A stretch of 64,000 nucleotides of DNA, taken from assembly GCF_048403405.1 (NCBI RefSeq), contig NZ_CP183129.1. One strand, 5' to 3'. The notes under the pieces are model-generated. The model had not been told where the DNA came from and did no database searches. It saw only the letters and a program-made list of their open reading frames with translations. Positions 43,050 to 54,918 of the stretch are shown here, in pieces. The position numbers were made by a program, and so were the translations under genes. Source of the stretch: Escherichia coli (GTDB lineage: Bacteria; Pseudomonadota; Gammaproteobacteria; Enterobacterales; Enterobacteriaceae). Positions within the stretch are counted from its first letter, which is position 1. Every line of letters starts with the position of its first letter.

Positions 43050-44215
43050 TATTTCCCCTCCACTGCGGCAACAACCTGCTGAGCTGCATCCGTCAGACCT
43101 TTTGCTGCAATAATATTCAGGCCGCTGTCAGCCAGTTTCTTCGCGCCGAGTTCGGCGTTGTTACCTTCCAGACGTACCACGACCGGTACGTTAACACCCA
43201 CTTCCGCTACCGCGCCGATGATACCGTCAGCGATCAGGTCGCAACGAACGATACCGCCGAAGATGTTAACCAGAACGGCTTTCACTTTGTCGTCAGAGAG
43301 GATGATTTTGAACGCTTCGGTTACACGTTCTTTGGTTGCGCCGCCGCCAACGTCAAGGAAGTTAGCTGGTTCGCCGCCGTGCAGTTTAACGATGTCCATC
43401 GTACCCATCGCCAGACCTGCGCCGTTAACCATACAACCGATGTTACCGTCCAGCGCAACGTAGTTCAGTTCCCACTGTGCAGCCTGTGCTTCACGTGGAT
43501 CTTCCTGCGACTGGTCACGCATTTCGCGCAGATCAGGCTGGCGGAACAGTGCGTTGCCATCAGCGCCCAGTTTGCCGTCGAGGCAAATCAGATCGCCCTG
43601 TTTGGTGATGACCAGCGGGTTGATTTCGATCAGCGCCAGGTCGCGCTCCAGGAAAATGGTCGCCAGGCCCATGAAGATTTTGGTGAACTGCTGAACCAGT
43701 TTACCTTCCAGACCCAGTTTGAACGCCAGCTCGCGTCCCTGATACGGCATCGGGCCAGTCAGCGGATCAAGCGCAACTTTGTGGATCAGGTGCGGAGTTT
43801 CTTCCGCCACTTTTTCGATTTCCACGCCGCCTTCGGTGGAGGCCATAAAGACCACACGACGGGAACTACGGTCAACAACGGCACCGAGATACAGCTCTTT
43901 AGCGATATCGGTCGCTGCTTCAACCAGAATCTGGTTAACCGGTTGGCCATTGGCATCTGTTTGATACGTTACCAGACGCTTGCCCAGCCAGTTTTCTGCA
44001 AAAGCACGGATGTCTTCTTTGCTGTTTACAACTTTCACACCGCCCGCTTTACCGCGGCCACCAGCGTGAACCTGACATTTCACTACCCACGGACCGGCAC
44101 CGATTTTTGAAGCGGCTTCTTCTGCTTCGCGCGGAGTAGTACAGGCATAACCCACCGGTGCTGGTAAGCCATAGCGGGCAAAAAGTTGTTTTGCCTGATA
44201 TTCATGTAAGTTCAT
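43049..44215 (-). CDS. sucC: Succinyl-CoA synthetase beta subunit
   Basis: 388 aa, [18 protein letters not shown]...; 1-nt overlap with sucD. Confidence 0.97.
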
Positions 44216-44255
44216 GTGTTCTGTCCATCCTTCAGTAATCGTTATCTTTTAAACC

Positions 44256-44286
44256 GTAGACCGACACCCTATCCACGTCGGTCTAC
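44256..44286 (-). other. Intercistronic stem-loop in the sucB-sucC spacer
   Basis: Perfect 10-bp inverted repeat gtagaccgac / gtcggtctac with an 11-nt loop, inside the 93-bp sucB-sucC spacer. Confidence 0.5.
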
Positions 44287-44308
44287 AGTGCAGGTGAAGC
44301 TTAAACTA

Positions 44309-45526
44309 CTACACGTCCAGCAGCAGACGCGTCGGATCTTCCAGCAACTCTTTGATCGTTACCAGGAAGCCCACGGATTCGCGACCATCGATCAGACGGT
44401 GATCGTAGGACAGCGCCAGGTACATCATCGGCAGGATCTCAACCTGACCATTCACCGCCATCGGACGATCTTTGATAGCGTGCATACCCAGAATTGCGCT
44501 CTGCGGCGGGTTGATGATCGGCGTAGACATCAGGGAACCGAACACACCACCGTTGGTGATGGTGAAGTTACCACCGGTCAGATCTTCAACCGTCAGCTTG
44601 CCGTCACGGCCTTTAACTGCCAGCTCTTTGATTTTCTTCTCGATGTCTGCCATGCCTAGGGTATCGACATCACGCAGTACCGGCGTCACCAGGCCGCGCG
44701 GCGTAGAAACCGCCATGCTGACGTCGAAATAGTTGTGGTAAACCACATCATCGCCGTCGATAGACGCGTTCACTTCCGGGTAACGTTTCAGGGCTTCAAC
44801 CACCGCTTTCACGTAGAAGGACATAAAGCCCAGACGAATACCGTGACGTTTTTCAAACGCTTCACCGTACTGCTTACGCAGATCCATAATCGGCTTCATG
44901 TTGACTTCGTTGAACGTGGTCAGCATAGCGGTGGAGTTTTTCGCTTCCAGCAGACGCTCTGCCACACGCTTACGCAGGCGAGTCATCGGGACACGTTTTT
45001 CGCTACGTGCAGCCAGAGCCGGTTGCGCCGCCGGAGCAGCCGCTGCCGGAGCAGACTCTTTCGCCGGGGCTTTCGCCAGATGTTTTTCCACATCTTCACG
45101 AGTCAGACGACCACCCACACCGGTGCCTTTAATGGCGCTGGCGTCGAGGTTGTGTTCAGCCAGCAGGCGACGGATCGCCGGGCTTAACGCATCGTTGTTT
45201 TGCTCTTCCAGAGACGCCTGCTGGCGTTGCGCCGGAGTGGACGCTTTCTCTTCAGATTTGGCGCTGGTTTCTTTACCGGCGCTGTTGCCTTCACGCAGGC
45301 GACCAAGGATCTGACGAGACGTTACCGTTGTACCTTCATCTTCCAGAACCGCATCCAGAATGCCGTCTGCTGATGCCGGTACTTCCAGTACCACTTTGTC
45401 AGTTTCGATTTCTACCAGCACTTCATCACGTACGACTGCGTCGCCGGGTTTTTTATGCCAGGTTGCGACGGTGGCATCGGCTACGGATTCAGGCAGGTCA
45501 GGGACCAGAATATCTACGCTACTCAT
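44309..45526 (-). CDS. sucB: Dihydrolipoyllysine-residue succinyltransferase (E2o)
   Basis: 405 aa; lipoyl domain, Ala/Pro-rich linker, catalytic domain; recognised as SucB. Confidence 0.97.
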
Positions 45527-45540
45527 TGTGTATCCTTTAT

Positions 45541-48342
45541 TTATTCGACGTTCAGCGCGTCATTAACCAGATCTTGTTGCTGTTTCTGGTGAACGGACAT
45601 ATACCCTACCGCCGGAGAGGCGGAGGCCGGGCGGCCTGCATAACGCAGAGAAGCCCCAAACGGAATCACTTCACGGAAATGATGCTGGCTGCAGTACCAT
45701 GCGCCCTGGTTGAGCGGCTCTTCCTGGCACCAGACAAAATCCTTGACGTGAGCAAACTGCTGCAACACTTCCTGCATCGCTTTATGCGGGAACGGGTAGA
45801 GTTGCTCGATACGCACAATGGCGACATCGTGTTGATTGTTCTTACGGCGTTGTTCCAACAGGTCGTAATAAACCTTACCAGAACACATCACTACGCGCTT
45901 CACACCCTTCGGATCAAGCTCGTCGATTTCACCAATGGCAGGCAGGAAGGTGCCGTTCGCCAGTTCTTCGAGGCTGGAAACCGCCAGCGGATGACGCAGC
46001 AGGGATTTCGGCGACATCACGACCAGCGGACGACGCATCCCGCGCAGCGCCTGACGACGCAGCATGTGGTAAACCTGTGCCGGGGTAGACGGTACGCACA
46101 CCTGCATGTTTTGCTCAGCACAAAGTTGCAGATAACGTTCCAGACGCGCGGAGGAGTGCTCCGGCCCCTGCCCTTCGTAACCGTGCGGCAGCAACATCAC
46201 CAGACCACACATCCGGCCCCATTTCTGTTCGCCAGAGGAGATGAACTGGTCGATAACCACCTGAGCACCGTTAGCGAAGTCACCGAACTGTGCTTCCCAG
46301 ATAGTCAGAGTGCGTGGTTCTGCGGTGGCATAACCGTATTCAAACGCCAGCACGGCTTCTTCTGACAGTACGGAGTCCCAGACACGAAACGCGCCCTGAC
46401 CGTTATGGATGTGTTGCAGCGGCGTGTAAGTGGAACCGTTAGACTGGTTGTGGATCACCGCGTGGCGGTGGAAGAAGGTACCGCGACCGGAGTCTTCACC
46501 CGACAGGCGAACCGGAATGCCTTCGTCAACCAGCGTGGCGTAAGCGAGGTTTTCCGCGCCGCCCCAGTCGAACAGTTTCTCACCAGCTGCCATCGCCTGG
46601 CGATCGCCATAAATCTTGGCAACGCGAGACTGCATTTCAACTGCTTCCGGCACCGTGCTGATGCGTTTAGCCAGTTCCTGCAGGCGCTTCATCTCAACTT
46701 TGTTCGGGTACTCTTCGTCCCATTCGTGGTTGAGGTACGGCGACCAGGTGAAAGAGTGCATGTTCATCGGACGCCACTCTGCCACTACGCAATCGCCAGC
46801 ATCCAGCGCATCGCGGTACAGGTTAACCATCTCGGTGGCATCTTCGAGCGTCGCCACTTTTTCTTGCTCCAGCTTGTCAGCGTAGATTTTGCGCGGCGTC
46901 GGATGTTTTTTGATTTTCTGATACATCAGCGGCTGGGTTGCGCTCGGCTCGTCGGCTTCGTTGTGGCCATGACGGCGGTAGCACACCAGGTCGATGAAGA
47001 CATCACGTTTAAAGGTGTTACGGAAATCGAGCGCCAGACGGGTCACAAAGGCAACGGCTTCCGGATCATCCGCGTTAACGTGGAAAATCGGTGCCTGAAC
47101 CATCTTACCGATATCAGTACAGTACGGCGTCGAACGGGCATCCAGCGGGTTAGAGGTGGTGAAGCCAACCTGGTTGTTGATAACGATACGTACCGTACCG
47201 CCAACTTCATAGCCACGCGCTTTCGACATGTTCAGGGTTTCCTGAACCACGCCCTGCCCGGTCACTGCGGCGTCACCGTGGATGGTAATTGGCAGCACTT
47301 TGTTGCTGCTCGGCTCATCAAGTCTGTCCAGACGGGCACGAACAGAACCGATAACGACCGGGCTTACAATCTCAAGGTGAGACGGGTTAAACGCCAGCGC
47401 CAGGTGTACCAGGCCGCCATCGGTCTGGAAGTCAGACGAGAAGCCCATGTGGTATTTCACGTCACCCGTGCCGAGGTGTTCTTTATGTTTACCGGCAAAC
47501 TCGTCGAACAAGTCTTGCGGTTTTTTACCCAGCACGTTCACCAGCACGTTCAGACGACCACGGTGCGCCATCCCAAGAACCACTTCGCGGGTGCCGCTGT
47601 TGCCAGCGTGGCGGATCATCTCTTTAAGCATCGGGATTAACGCGTCACCGCCTTCCAGCGAGAAGCGTTTTGCACCAGGGAATTTTGCACCGAGGTAACG
47701 TTCAAGGCCTTCAGCGGCGGTCAGTTCGCTTAAGAAGCGTTTTTTCTCTTCGCTATTGAAAGTCGCGCGACCAGACTCGATACGCTGTTGGATCCAGCGT
47801 TTTTCTTCGGTGCTGGTAATATGCATATACTCGGCGCCAATCGGGCCGCAGTAGGTTTGCTTGAGTGCTTCCAGCAGTTCGCCGAGTTTCATGGTTTCTT
47901 TGCCGCTGGCAAATGAACCGACGTTGAAGGTCTCCTGGAAGTCTGCTTCGGTCAGATCGTGGAAAGACGGATCCAGATCGGCCACTTTATCTTGCTGCCA
48001 CAGTCCCAGCGGATCGAGATTCGCATGCTGGTGACCACGGAAGCGGTATGCGTTAATGAGCTGCAGGACTTTAACCTGCTTCACATTGGTGTCAGGGTCG
48101 GAGATCGTTGAAGAGTAACGTGAAGCGTCTTTCGCCAGGCGGCGGAAATATTCACGCGTTTGAGAGTGGAATTGATCCGGTTTGACTCCCGTACCAGGTA
48201 ACTGCTGGAACGTCGAACGCCAGTTAGCGTCAACCGAGTCAGGATCGGTTAAGAAGTCTTCATAGAGCTGTTCTATCCAGCTCTGGTTTGCGCCAGAGAG
48301 GTAAGAAGAGTCCAACCAGGCTTTCAAAGCGCTGTTCTGCAT
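45541..48342 (-). CDS. sucA: 2-Oxoglutarate dehydrogenase E1 component
   Basis: 933 aa, [30 protein letters not shown]...; recognised as SucA. Confidence 0.97.
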   Translation of the reverse strand: MQNSALKAWLDSSYLSGANQSWIEQLYEDFLTDPDSVDANWRSTFQQLPGTGVKPDQFHSQTREYFRRLAKDASRYSSTISDPDTNVKQVKVLQLINAYRFRGHQHANLDPLGLWQQDKVADLDPSFHDLTEADFQETFNVGSFASGKETMKLGELLEALKQTYCGPIGAEYMHITSTEEKRWIQQRIESGRATFNSEEKKRFLSELTAAEGLERYLGAKFPGAKRFSLEGGDALIPMLKEMIRHAGNSGTREVVLGMAHRGRLNVLVNVLGKKPQDLFDEFAGKHKEHLGTGDVKYHMGFSSDFQTDGGLVHLALAFNPSHLEIVSPVVIGSVRARLDRLDEPSSNKVLPITIHGDAAVTGQGVVQETLNMSKARGYEVGGTVRIVINNQVGFTTSNPLDARSTPYCTDIGKMVQAPIFHVNADDPEAVAFVTRLALDFRNTFKRDVFIDLVCYRRHGHNEADEPSATQPLMYQKIKKHPTPRKIYADKLEQEKVATLEDATEMVNLYRDALDAGDCVVAEWRPMNMHSFTWSPYLNHEWDEEYPNKVEMKRLQELAKRISTVPEAVEMQSRVAKIYGDRQAMAAGEKLFDWGGAENLAYATLVDEGIPVRLSGEDSGRGTFFHRHAVIHNQSNGSTYTPLQHIHNGQGAFRVWDSVLSEEAVLAFEYGYATAEPRTLTIWEAQFGDFANGAQVVIDQFISSGEQKWGRMCGLVMLLPHGYEGQGPEHSSARLERYLQLCAEQNMQVCVPSTPAQVYHMLRRQALRGMRRPLVVMSPKSLLRHPLAVSSLEELANGTFLPAIGEIDELDPKGVKRVVMCSGKVYYDLLEQRRKNNQHDVAIVRIEQLYPFPHKAMQEVLQQFAHVKDFVWCQEEPLNQGAWYCSQHHFREVIPFGASLRYAGRPASASPAVGYMSVHQKQQQDLVNDALNVE

Positions 48343-48503
48343 CGTGATCCCTTAAGCATCTTTTTTATGCTTACTTCGCCGTGGATACTACCACGCACAG
48401 TGATGTGCGTGCCGGGGTTCACTTGCGAGCTCTTGTCTACGTAGTGGCTCGCGAAGGAACCTTTAAAAACTGTCTTAGTGTCAGGGGCAGTTTTTAAAGA
48501 TTT

Positions 48504-48690
48504 CCTGCATTTCTTTTGTAGGCCGGATAAGGCATTCACGCCGCATCCGGCGCTGTTTGCCTGATGCGACGCTTGCGCGTCTTATCAGGCCTACGATTTC
48601 TGCATTTCTTTTGTAGGCCGGATAAGGCGTTCACGCCGCATCCGGCACTGGTTGCCTGATGCGACGCTTGTGCGTCTTATCAGGCCTGGG
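48504..48690. repeat. Two tandem BIME-type units (paired REP palindromes) in the sdhB-sucA spacer
   Basis: About 93-bp unit ...tttgtaggccggataaggcRttcacgccgcatccggcRctgKttgcctgatgcgacgcttgYgcgtcttatcaggcc... occurs twice in direct tandem with 4 substitutions; each unit holds two inverted REP sequences. Confidence 0.8.
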
Positions 48691-48691
48691 T

Positions 48692-49408
48692 TTACGCATT
48701 ACGCTGCAACAACATCGACTTGATATGGCCGATGGCGCGCGTCGGGTTCAGCCCCTTCGGACATACACTGACGCAGTTCATGATGCTGTGACAGCGGAAT
48801 ACACTGAATGCATCGCTCAAACCGTCGAGGCGGCTGTCAGTCTCGGTATCACGGCTATCGATCAGGAAACGATATGCCGCTAACAAGCCTGCCGGGCCGA
48901 TAAACTTATCGGGATTCCACCAGAAAGACGGACAAGAGGTTGAACAACATGCGCAGAGAATACATTCATACAACCCGTCGAGTTTTTCGCGCTGCTCTGG
49001 CATCTGTAAATGCTCGCGAGCTGGCGGATTTTGTCCATTATTCAACAGGTAAGGCTTAATTTTCTCATATTGCGCATAGAATTGTCCCATGTCTACCACC
49101 AAATCGCGGATCACCGGTAAACCTGGCAGCGGGCGAATCACAATCTTCTTGCCTGGCTGGTTGAGTGCCGAAATCGGGGTAATACAGGCCAGACCATTCT
49201 TGCCGTTCATGTTCAGACCGTCGGAACCGCACACACCTTCACGGCAGGAGCGGCGGAACGACAGGCTGGGATCTTTCTCTTTCAGCTGGATAAGCGCATC
49301 CAGCAGCATCATGTCACGACCTTCTTCCGCTTCCAGGGTGTAATCCTGCATACGCGGAGCATCATCAACATCCGGGTTATAGCGATAAATTGAAAACTCG
49401 AGTCTCAT
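48692..49408 (-). CDS. sdhB: Succinate dehydrogenase iron-sulfur subunit
   Basis: 238 aa; Cys clusters for the three Fe-S centres; recognised as SdhB. Confidence 0.97.
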   Translation of the reverse strand: MRLEFSIYRYNPDVDDAPRMQDYTLEAEEGRDMMLLDALIQLKEKDPSLSFRRSCREGVCGSDGLNMNGKNGLACITPISALNQPGKKIVIRPLPGLPVIRDLVVDMGQFYAQYEKIKPYLLNNGQNPPAREHLQMPEQREKLDGLYECILCACCSTSCPSFWWNPDKFIGPAGLLAAYRFLIDSRDTETDSRLDGLSDAFSVFRCHSIMNCVSVCPKGLNPTRAIGHIKSMLLQRNA

Positions 49409-49423
49409 TTTCCTGTCTCCGCA

Positions 49424-51190
49424 TTAGTAAGTACGAATCTTCGGCGGGAATGCCGGGCGCAGTTTCGGTTCCATGTTGACGCTTCGGCGCGTCATGGATT
49501 CCGACTCAGGCAGATACAGGGAGTGGCACAGCCAGTTTTCATCATCACGATCCGGGAAGTCGAAGCGGCTATGCGCGCCACGGCTTTCGGTACGGAAGTT
49601 GGCAGAAACAGCCGTTGCATACGCCGTTTCCATCAGGTTATCCAGTTCCAGGCACTCAACACGCTGGGTGTTGAACTCGCTGGAAGTGTCATCCAGACGG
49701 GCATTTTTCAGACGCTCACGGATCACTTTCAACTGCTCAAGCCCTTTCGCCATCGCATCACCTTCACGGAAGACCGAGAAGTTATGCTGCATACATTCTT
49801 GCAGTGCTTTACGGATCGCCACCGGATCTTCACCGTTACGGTTGTTGTTCCAGCGGTTCAGGCGATCCAGAGACGCTTCTACATCAGACTCGCTGGCATC
49901 GCGCAGTGCGCCCTGCTCGGCTATAGACTCTTGCAGATGCAGACCCGCTGCGCGACCAAAGACCACCAGGTCCAGCAGCGAGTTGCCGCCCAGACGGTTA
50001 GCGCCGTGTACCGATACACAAGCGATTTCACCAACGGCAAACAGCCCCGGAACAACCACATCTTCGCCTTTCTCGTTCACCGTCAGCGCCTGACCGGTCA
50101 CTTTGGTCGGAATACCGCCCATCATGTAGTGACAGGTTGGGATAACCGGAATCGGCTCTTTCACCGGATCAACGTGAGCGAAGGTACGGGAAAGCTCCAG
50201 GATACCCGGCAGACGGGATTCAAGAACTTCTTTACCCAGGTGGTCGAGTTTCAGTTTCGCGTGTGGCCCCCACGGACCATCACAGCCGCGACCTTCACGG
50301 ATTTCGATCATGATGGAACGCGCCACCACATCACGGCCCGCCAGGTCTTTGGCGTTCGGCGCATAACGCTCCATAAAGCGTTCGCCATGTTTGTTCAGCA
50401 GATAACCGCCTTCACCACGGCAACCTTCGGTGACCAGTACGCCCGCACCGGCAATACCGGTCGGGTGGAACTGCCACATTTCCATATCCTGCACCGGTAC
50501 GCCTGCACGGATAGCCATGCCGACACCGTCGCCAGTGTTAATGTGGGCGTTGGTAGTGGACTGATAAATACGCCCTGCCCCGCCAGTCGCCAGCACGGTA
50601 GCGCGGGCTTTGAAATAAACCACTTCACCAGTTTCGATGCACAGTGCGGTACAACCGACCACCGCGCCATCCTGGTTTTTCACCAGATCCAGCGCATACC
50701 ACTCGGAGAAAATGGTGGTGTGGTTTTTCAGGTTCTGCTGATAAAGGGTGTGCAACAGTGCGTGACCGGTACGGTCAGCTGCCGCCGCAGTGCGTGCCGC
50801 CTGCTCGCCGCCGAAGTTTTTCGACTGGCCGCCAAACGGACGTTGATAGATACGACCATCATCAAGGCGCGAGAACGGCAGGCCCATGTGTTCGAGCTCC
50901 AGAATCGCTTCCGGCCCGGTTTTACACATATATTCAATCGCGTCCTGGTCACCGATATAGTCCGACCCTTTTACGGTATCGTACATATGCCATTCCCAGT
51001 TATCTTCATGGGTATTACCCAGCGCAACGGTAATGCCGCCTTGCGCAGAAACGGTATGGGAACGGGTCGGGAAGACTTTAGAGAGCAGCGCACAGGTCTG
51101 ACCGCTCTGGGAAATTTGCAGCGCCGCGCGCATACCTGCGCCGCCGGCACCAATCACAACTGCATCAAATTCTCTGACTGGCAATTTCAT
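49424..51190 (-). CDS. sdhA: Succinate dehydrogenase flavoprotein subunit
   Basis: Start set at [24 protein letters not shown] (588 aa, FAD-binding GxGxxG). Confidence 0.97.
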   Translation of the reverse strand: MKLPVREFDAVVIGAGGAGMRAALQISQSGQTCALLSKVFPTRSHTVSAQGGITVALGNTHEDNWEWHMYDTVKGSDYIGDQDAIEYMCKTGPEAILELEHMGLPFSRLDDGRIYQRPFGGQSKNFGGEQAARTAAAADRTGHALLHTLYQQNLKNHTTIFSEWYALDLVKNQDGAVVGCTALCIETGEVVYFKARATVLATGGAGRIYQSTTNAHINTGDGVGMAIRAGVPVQDMEMWQFHPTGIAGAGVLVTEGCRGEGGYLLNKHGERFMERYAPNAKDLAGRDVVARSIMIEIREGRGCDGPWGPHAKLKLDHLGKEVLESRLPGILELSRTFAHVDPVKEPIPVIPTCHYMMGGIPTKVTGQALTVNEKGEDVVVPGLFAVGEIACVSVHGANRLGGNSLLDLVVFGRAAGLHLQESIAEQGALRDASESDVEASLDRLNRWNNNRNGEDPVAIRKALQECMQHNFSVFREGDAMAKGLEQLKVIRERLKNARLDDTSSEFNTQRVECLELDNLMETAYATAVSANFRTESRGAHSRFDFPDRDDENWLCHSLYLPESESMTRRSVNMEPKLRPAFPPKIRTY

Positions 51191-51537
51191 CACACACCCC
51201 ACACCACAACGAATCCATAAATCACGTAAACCACCAGTGCAACGACAATCACCAGTTGCAGCATCAGGCGCAAAGCCAGCGGTTTAACGTAGTCGGTCAA
51301 CACCTGCCACATGCCGATCCAGGCATGGATCAAGATAGAAAACAGCGCCAGCAGGGTGAACACTTTGGTGAACGCAGAGGCGAAGAAACCAATCCAGACT
51401 TCATATGTCAGCTCGCCACTGGTAGCGAAAAAACCGACCATATAAATGATGTAGAGCGTCAGGACGATAGCGGTAGCGCGAACGAGGATGAAATCATGTA
51501 CGCCATTGCGTCCTAATGCGGAGGCGTTGCTTACCAT
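51190..51537 (-). CDS. sdhD: Succinate dehydrogenase membrane anchor subunit
   Basis: 115 aa hydrophobic ORF; recognised as SdhD. Confidence 0.95.
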
Positions 51538-51920
51538 ACGAGGACTCCTGCGAGAAGTGAAAGCACGACAGTAATAACAAAGGAGATTTTGGCGGAGCGT
51601 TTACCCGCTTCGAATGTTTCTTCCAGATAGCCAAAATCCATCATCATGTGGCGAATACCTACGACGACGTGATACGCCAGAGCGGTAAGGATGCCCCACA
51701 TGATAAATTTGACGAAGAAGCTGCCCATAATCGCAGAAGCTTGCTCGAAACCTTCAGGGGAAGAGAGGCTGGTACCCAGAAGCCACAGCAGGATGCCCAC
51801 TGCAACAAAGGTGATCACACCGGAAACGCGATGGAGAATGGACGCTATCGCCGTGACGGGGAACCGGATGGTCTGTAGGTCCAGATTAACAGGTCTTTGT
51901 TTTTTCACATTTCTTATCAT
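51531..51920 (-). CDS. sdhC: Succinate dehydrogenase cytochrome b556 subunit
   Basis: Start set at [15 protein letters not shown] (129 aa); overlaps the sdhD start region. Confidence 0.93.
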
Positions 51921-52628
51921 GAATAACGCCCACATGCTGTTCTTATTATTCCCTGGGGACTACGGGCACAGAGGTTAACTTTCTGTTACCTGGAGACGTC
52001 GGGATTTCCTTCCTCCGGTCTGCTTGCGGGTCAGACAGCGTCCTTTCTATAACTGCGCGTCATGCAAAACACTGCTTCCAGATGCGAAAACGACACGTTA
52101 CAACGCTGGGTGGCTCGGGATTGCAGGGTGTTCCGGAGACCTGGCGGCAGTATAGGCTGTTCACAAAATCATTACAATTAACCTACATATAGTTTGTCGG
52201 GTTTTATCCTGAACAGTGATCCAGGTCACGATAACAACATTTATTTAATTTTTAATCATCTAATTTGACAATCATTCAACAAAGTTGTTACAAACATTAC
52301 CAGGAAAAGCATATAATGCGTAAAAGTTATGAAGTCGGTATTTCACCTAAGATTAACTTATGTAACAGTGTGGAAGTATTGACCAATTCATTCGGGACAG
52401 TTATTAGTGGTAGACAAGTTTAATAATTCGGATTGCTAAGTACTTGATTCGCCATTTATTCGTCATCAATGGATCCTTTACCTGCAAGCGCCCAGAGCTC
52501 TGTACCCAGGTTTTCCCCTCTTTCACAGAGCGGCGAGCCAAATAACAAACGGGTAAAGCCAGGTTGATGTGCGAAGGCAAATTTAAGTTCCGGCAGTCTT
52601 ACGCAATAAGGCGCTAAGGAGACCTTAA
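51921..52628. promoter_or_regulatory. Divergent gltA / sdhCDAB-sucABCD control region
   Basis: 708-bp non-coding spacer between the divergent gltA and sdhC starts, AT-rich in its centre; individual sites not mapped here. Confidence 0.6.
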
Positions 52629-53912
52629 ATGGCTGATACAAAAGCAAAACTCACCCTCAACGGGGACACAGCTGTTGAACTGGATGTGCTGAAAGGCACG
52701 CTGGGTCAAGATGTTATTGATATCCGTACTCTCGGTTCAAAAGGTGTGTTCACCTTTGACCCTGGCTTCACTTCAACCGCATCCTGCGAATCTAAAATTA
52801 CTTTTATTGATGGTGATGAAGGTATTTTGCTGCACCGCGGTTTCCCGATCGATCAGCTGGCGACCGATTCTAACTACCTGGAAGTTTGTTACATCCTGCT
52901 GAATGGTGAAAAACCGACTCAGGAACAGTATGACGAATTTAAAACTACGGTGACCCGTCATACCATGATCCACGAGCAGATTACCCGTCTGTTCCATGCT
53001 TTCCGTCGCGACTCGCATCCAATGGCAGTCATGTGTGGTATTACCGGCGCGCTGGCGGCGTTCTATCACGACTCGCTGGATGTTAACAATCCTCGTCATC
53101 GTGAAATTGCCGCGTTCCGCCTGCTGTCGAAAATGCCGACTATGGCCGCGATGTGTTACAAGTATTCCATTGGTCAGCCATTTGTTTACCCGCGCAACGA
53201 TCTCTCCTATGCCGGTAACTTCCTGAATATGATGTTCTCCACGCCGTGCGAACCGTATGAAGTTAATCCGATTCTGGAACGTGCTATGGACCGTATTTTG
53301 ATCCTGCACGCTGACCATGAACAGAACGCCTCCACCTCCACCGTGCGTACCGCTGGCTCTTCGGGGGCGAACCCGTTTGCCTGTATCGCAGCAGGTATTG
53401 CTTCACTGTGGGGACCTGCGCACGGTGGTGCTAACGAAGCGGCGCTGAAAATGCTGGAAGAAATCAGCTCCGTTAAACACATTCCGGAATTTGTTCGTCG
53501 TGCGAAAGACAAAAATGACTCTTTCCGCCTGATGGGCTTCGGGCACCGCGTGTACAAAAATTACGACCCGCGCGCCACCGTAATGCGTGAAACCTGCCAT
53601 GAAGTGCTGAAAGAGCTGGGTACCAAAGATGACCTGCTGGAAGTGGCTATGGAGCTGGAAAACATCGCGCTGAACGACCCGTACTTTATCGAGAAGAAAC
53701 TCTATCCGAACGTCGATTTCTACTCTGGTATCATCCTGAAAGCGATGGGTATTCCGTCTTCTATGTTCACCGTGATCTTCGCTATGGCACGCACCGTTGG
53801 CTGGATCGCCCACTGGAGCGAAATGCACAGTGACGGTATGAAGATTGCCCGTCCGCGTCAACTGTATACAGGATATGAAAAACGCGACTTTAAAAGCGAC
53901 ATCAAGCGTTAA
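52629..53912 (+). CDS. gltA: Citrate synthase (type II)
   Basis: 427 aa, [36 protein letters not shown]...; recognised as GltA. Confidence 0.97.
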   Translation: MADTKAKLTLNGDTAVELDVLKGTLGQDVIDIRTLGSKGVFTFDPGFTSTASCESKITFIDGDEGILLHRGFPIDQLATDSNYLEVCYILLNGEKPTQEQYDEFKTTVTRHTMIHEQITRLFHAFRRDSHPMAVMCGITGALAAFYHDSLDVNNPRHREIAAFRLLSKMPTMAAMCYKYSIGQPFVYPRNDLSYAGNFLNMMFSTPCEPYEVNPILERAMDRILILHADHEQNASTSTVRTAGSSGANPFACIAAGIASLWGPAHGGANEAALKMLEEISSVKHIPEFVRRAKDKNDSFRLMGFGHRVYKNYDPRATVMRETCHEVLKELGTKDDLLEVAMELENIALNDPYFIEKKLYPNVDFYSGIILKAMGIPSSMFTVIFAMARTVGWIAHWSEMHSDGMKIARPRQLYTGYEKRDFKSDIKR

Positions 53913-53941
53913 TGGTTGATTGCTAAGCCGTTTACTTTCCG

Positions 53942-53972
53942 GACCCGCCTTTAATAGAGCGGGTTCTTTTTT
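53942..53972 (+). terminator. Rho-independent terminator of gltA
   Basis: Stem gacccgc / gcgggtt with loop ctttaataga, followed by CTTTTTTAT. Confidence 0.7.
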
Positions 53973-54301
53973 ATATGGCTGAACATAATAAATTGTAAAA
54001 ATTAAACCAGATGCAAATACCCATTAATAAGGTGAAAAAATGTGACAAGTCACATACTGAGCAGAATGATAAGTTTATTTTTATACTTTCATGCCGGTAG
54101 CATTGTTAACCCAATGAAAATTATGCATATCCATCCCACCCCATCTTTCATCTCATTAAACAATAAATTTATGCACTCAATTATTCCATTCTTTATATAA
54201 CAAGCTTTTTAATATTGTTAAATAAAACCAAATACATTCAACTGTCAGTTAATATATTCTTGCCTCGCAACACTCTATCTCATTATTTAAAGGACTCAGC
54301 T

Positions 54302-54868
54302 ATGTTTAAAGGACAAAAAACATTGGCCGCACTGGCCGTATCTCTGCTGTTCACTGCACCTGTTTATGCGGCTGATGAAGGATCCGGTGAAATTCACTTT
54401 AAAGGTGAAGTTATTGAAGCACCGTGTGAAATACATCAGGATGATATTGATAAAGAAGTTGAACTCGGTCAGGTGACCACCAGCCACATTAATCAGTCGC
54501 ATCACAGCGATGCCGTTGCTGTCGACCTGCGCTTAGTCAACTGCGATCTGGAAAACTCCAACAACGGTTCCGGCGGCAAGATTTCTAAAGTTGCAGTCAC
54601 CTTTGACAGCTCAGCGAAAACCACCGGCGCAGATCCGATTCTCAACAACACCAGCACGGGTGAAGCGACCGGTGTCGGCGTGCGTTTAATGAATAAAGAT
54701 CAAAGCAATATCGTTTTAGGCACCGCTACTCCAGATATCGACCTGGCACCAACCTCCAGCGAACAAACGTTAAATTTCTTTGCGTGGATGGAACAAATTG
54801 ATCAGGCTACGCCCGTAACACCAGGCGCAGTTACGGCGAATGCGACCTACGTACTGGATTATAAATAA
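54302..54868 (+). CDS. ybgD: Fimbrial major subunit (type 1 / Sfm-like), YbgD
   Basis: Start set at MFKGQKTLAALAVSLLFTAPVYA (signal peptide; RBS aaaggactcagctATG), 188 aa; fimbrial subunit fold inferred from similarity to FimA-like proteins. Confidence 0.88.
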   Translation: MFKGQKTLAALAVSLLFTAPVYAADEGSGEIHFKGEVIEAPCEIHQDDIDKEVELGQVTTSHINQSHHSDAVAVDLRLVNCDLENSNNGSGGKISKVAVTFDSSAKTTGADPILNNTSTGEATGVGVRLMNKDQSNIVLGTATPDIDLAPTSSEQTLNFFAWMEQIDQATPVTPGAVTANATYVLDYK

Positions 54869-54918
54869 GTATCACTTTGGCGGCGTCATCGCCGCCTTTC
54901 TTCAAATATTTATCAGGT

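Noticed and set aside
48504-48690. Possible CRISPR array suggested by the near-identical tandem repeats
   Set aside because: Only two units, each internally palindromic and matching the REP/BIME consensus, with no unique spacers and no cas genes nearby; classified as BIME.
49523-51220. 565-aa plus-strand ORF antisense to sdhA (also 46405-47640 and 45328-46365 antisense to sucA, 26386-27324 antisense to cydA, 1549-2244 antisense to ybhA, 7949-8791 antisense to galE)
   Set aside because: Each is the mirror frame of a confidently identified conserved core gene; long antisense ORFs are expected by chance in high-GC coding DNA with biased codon usage.
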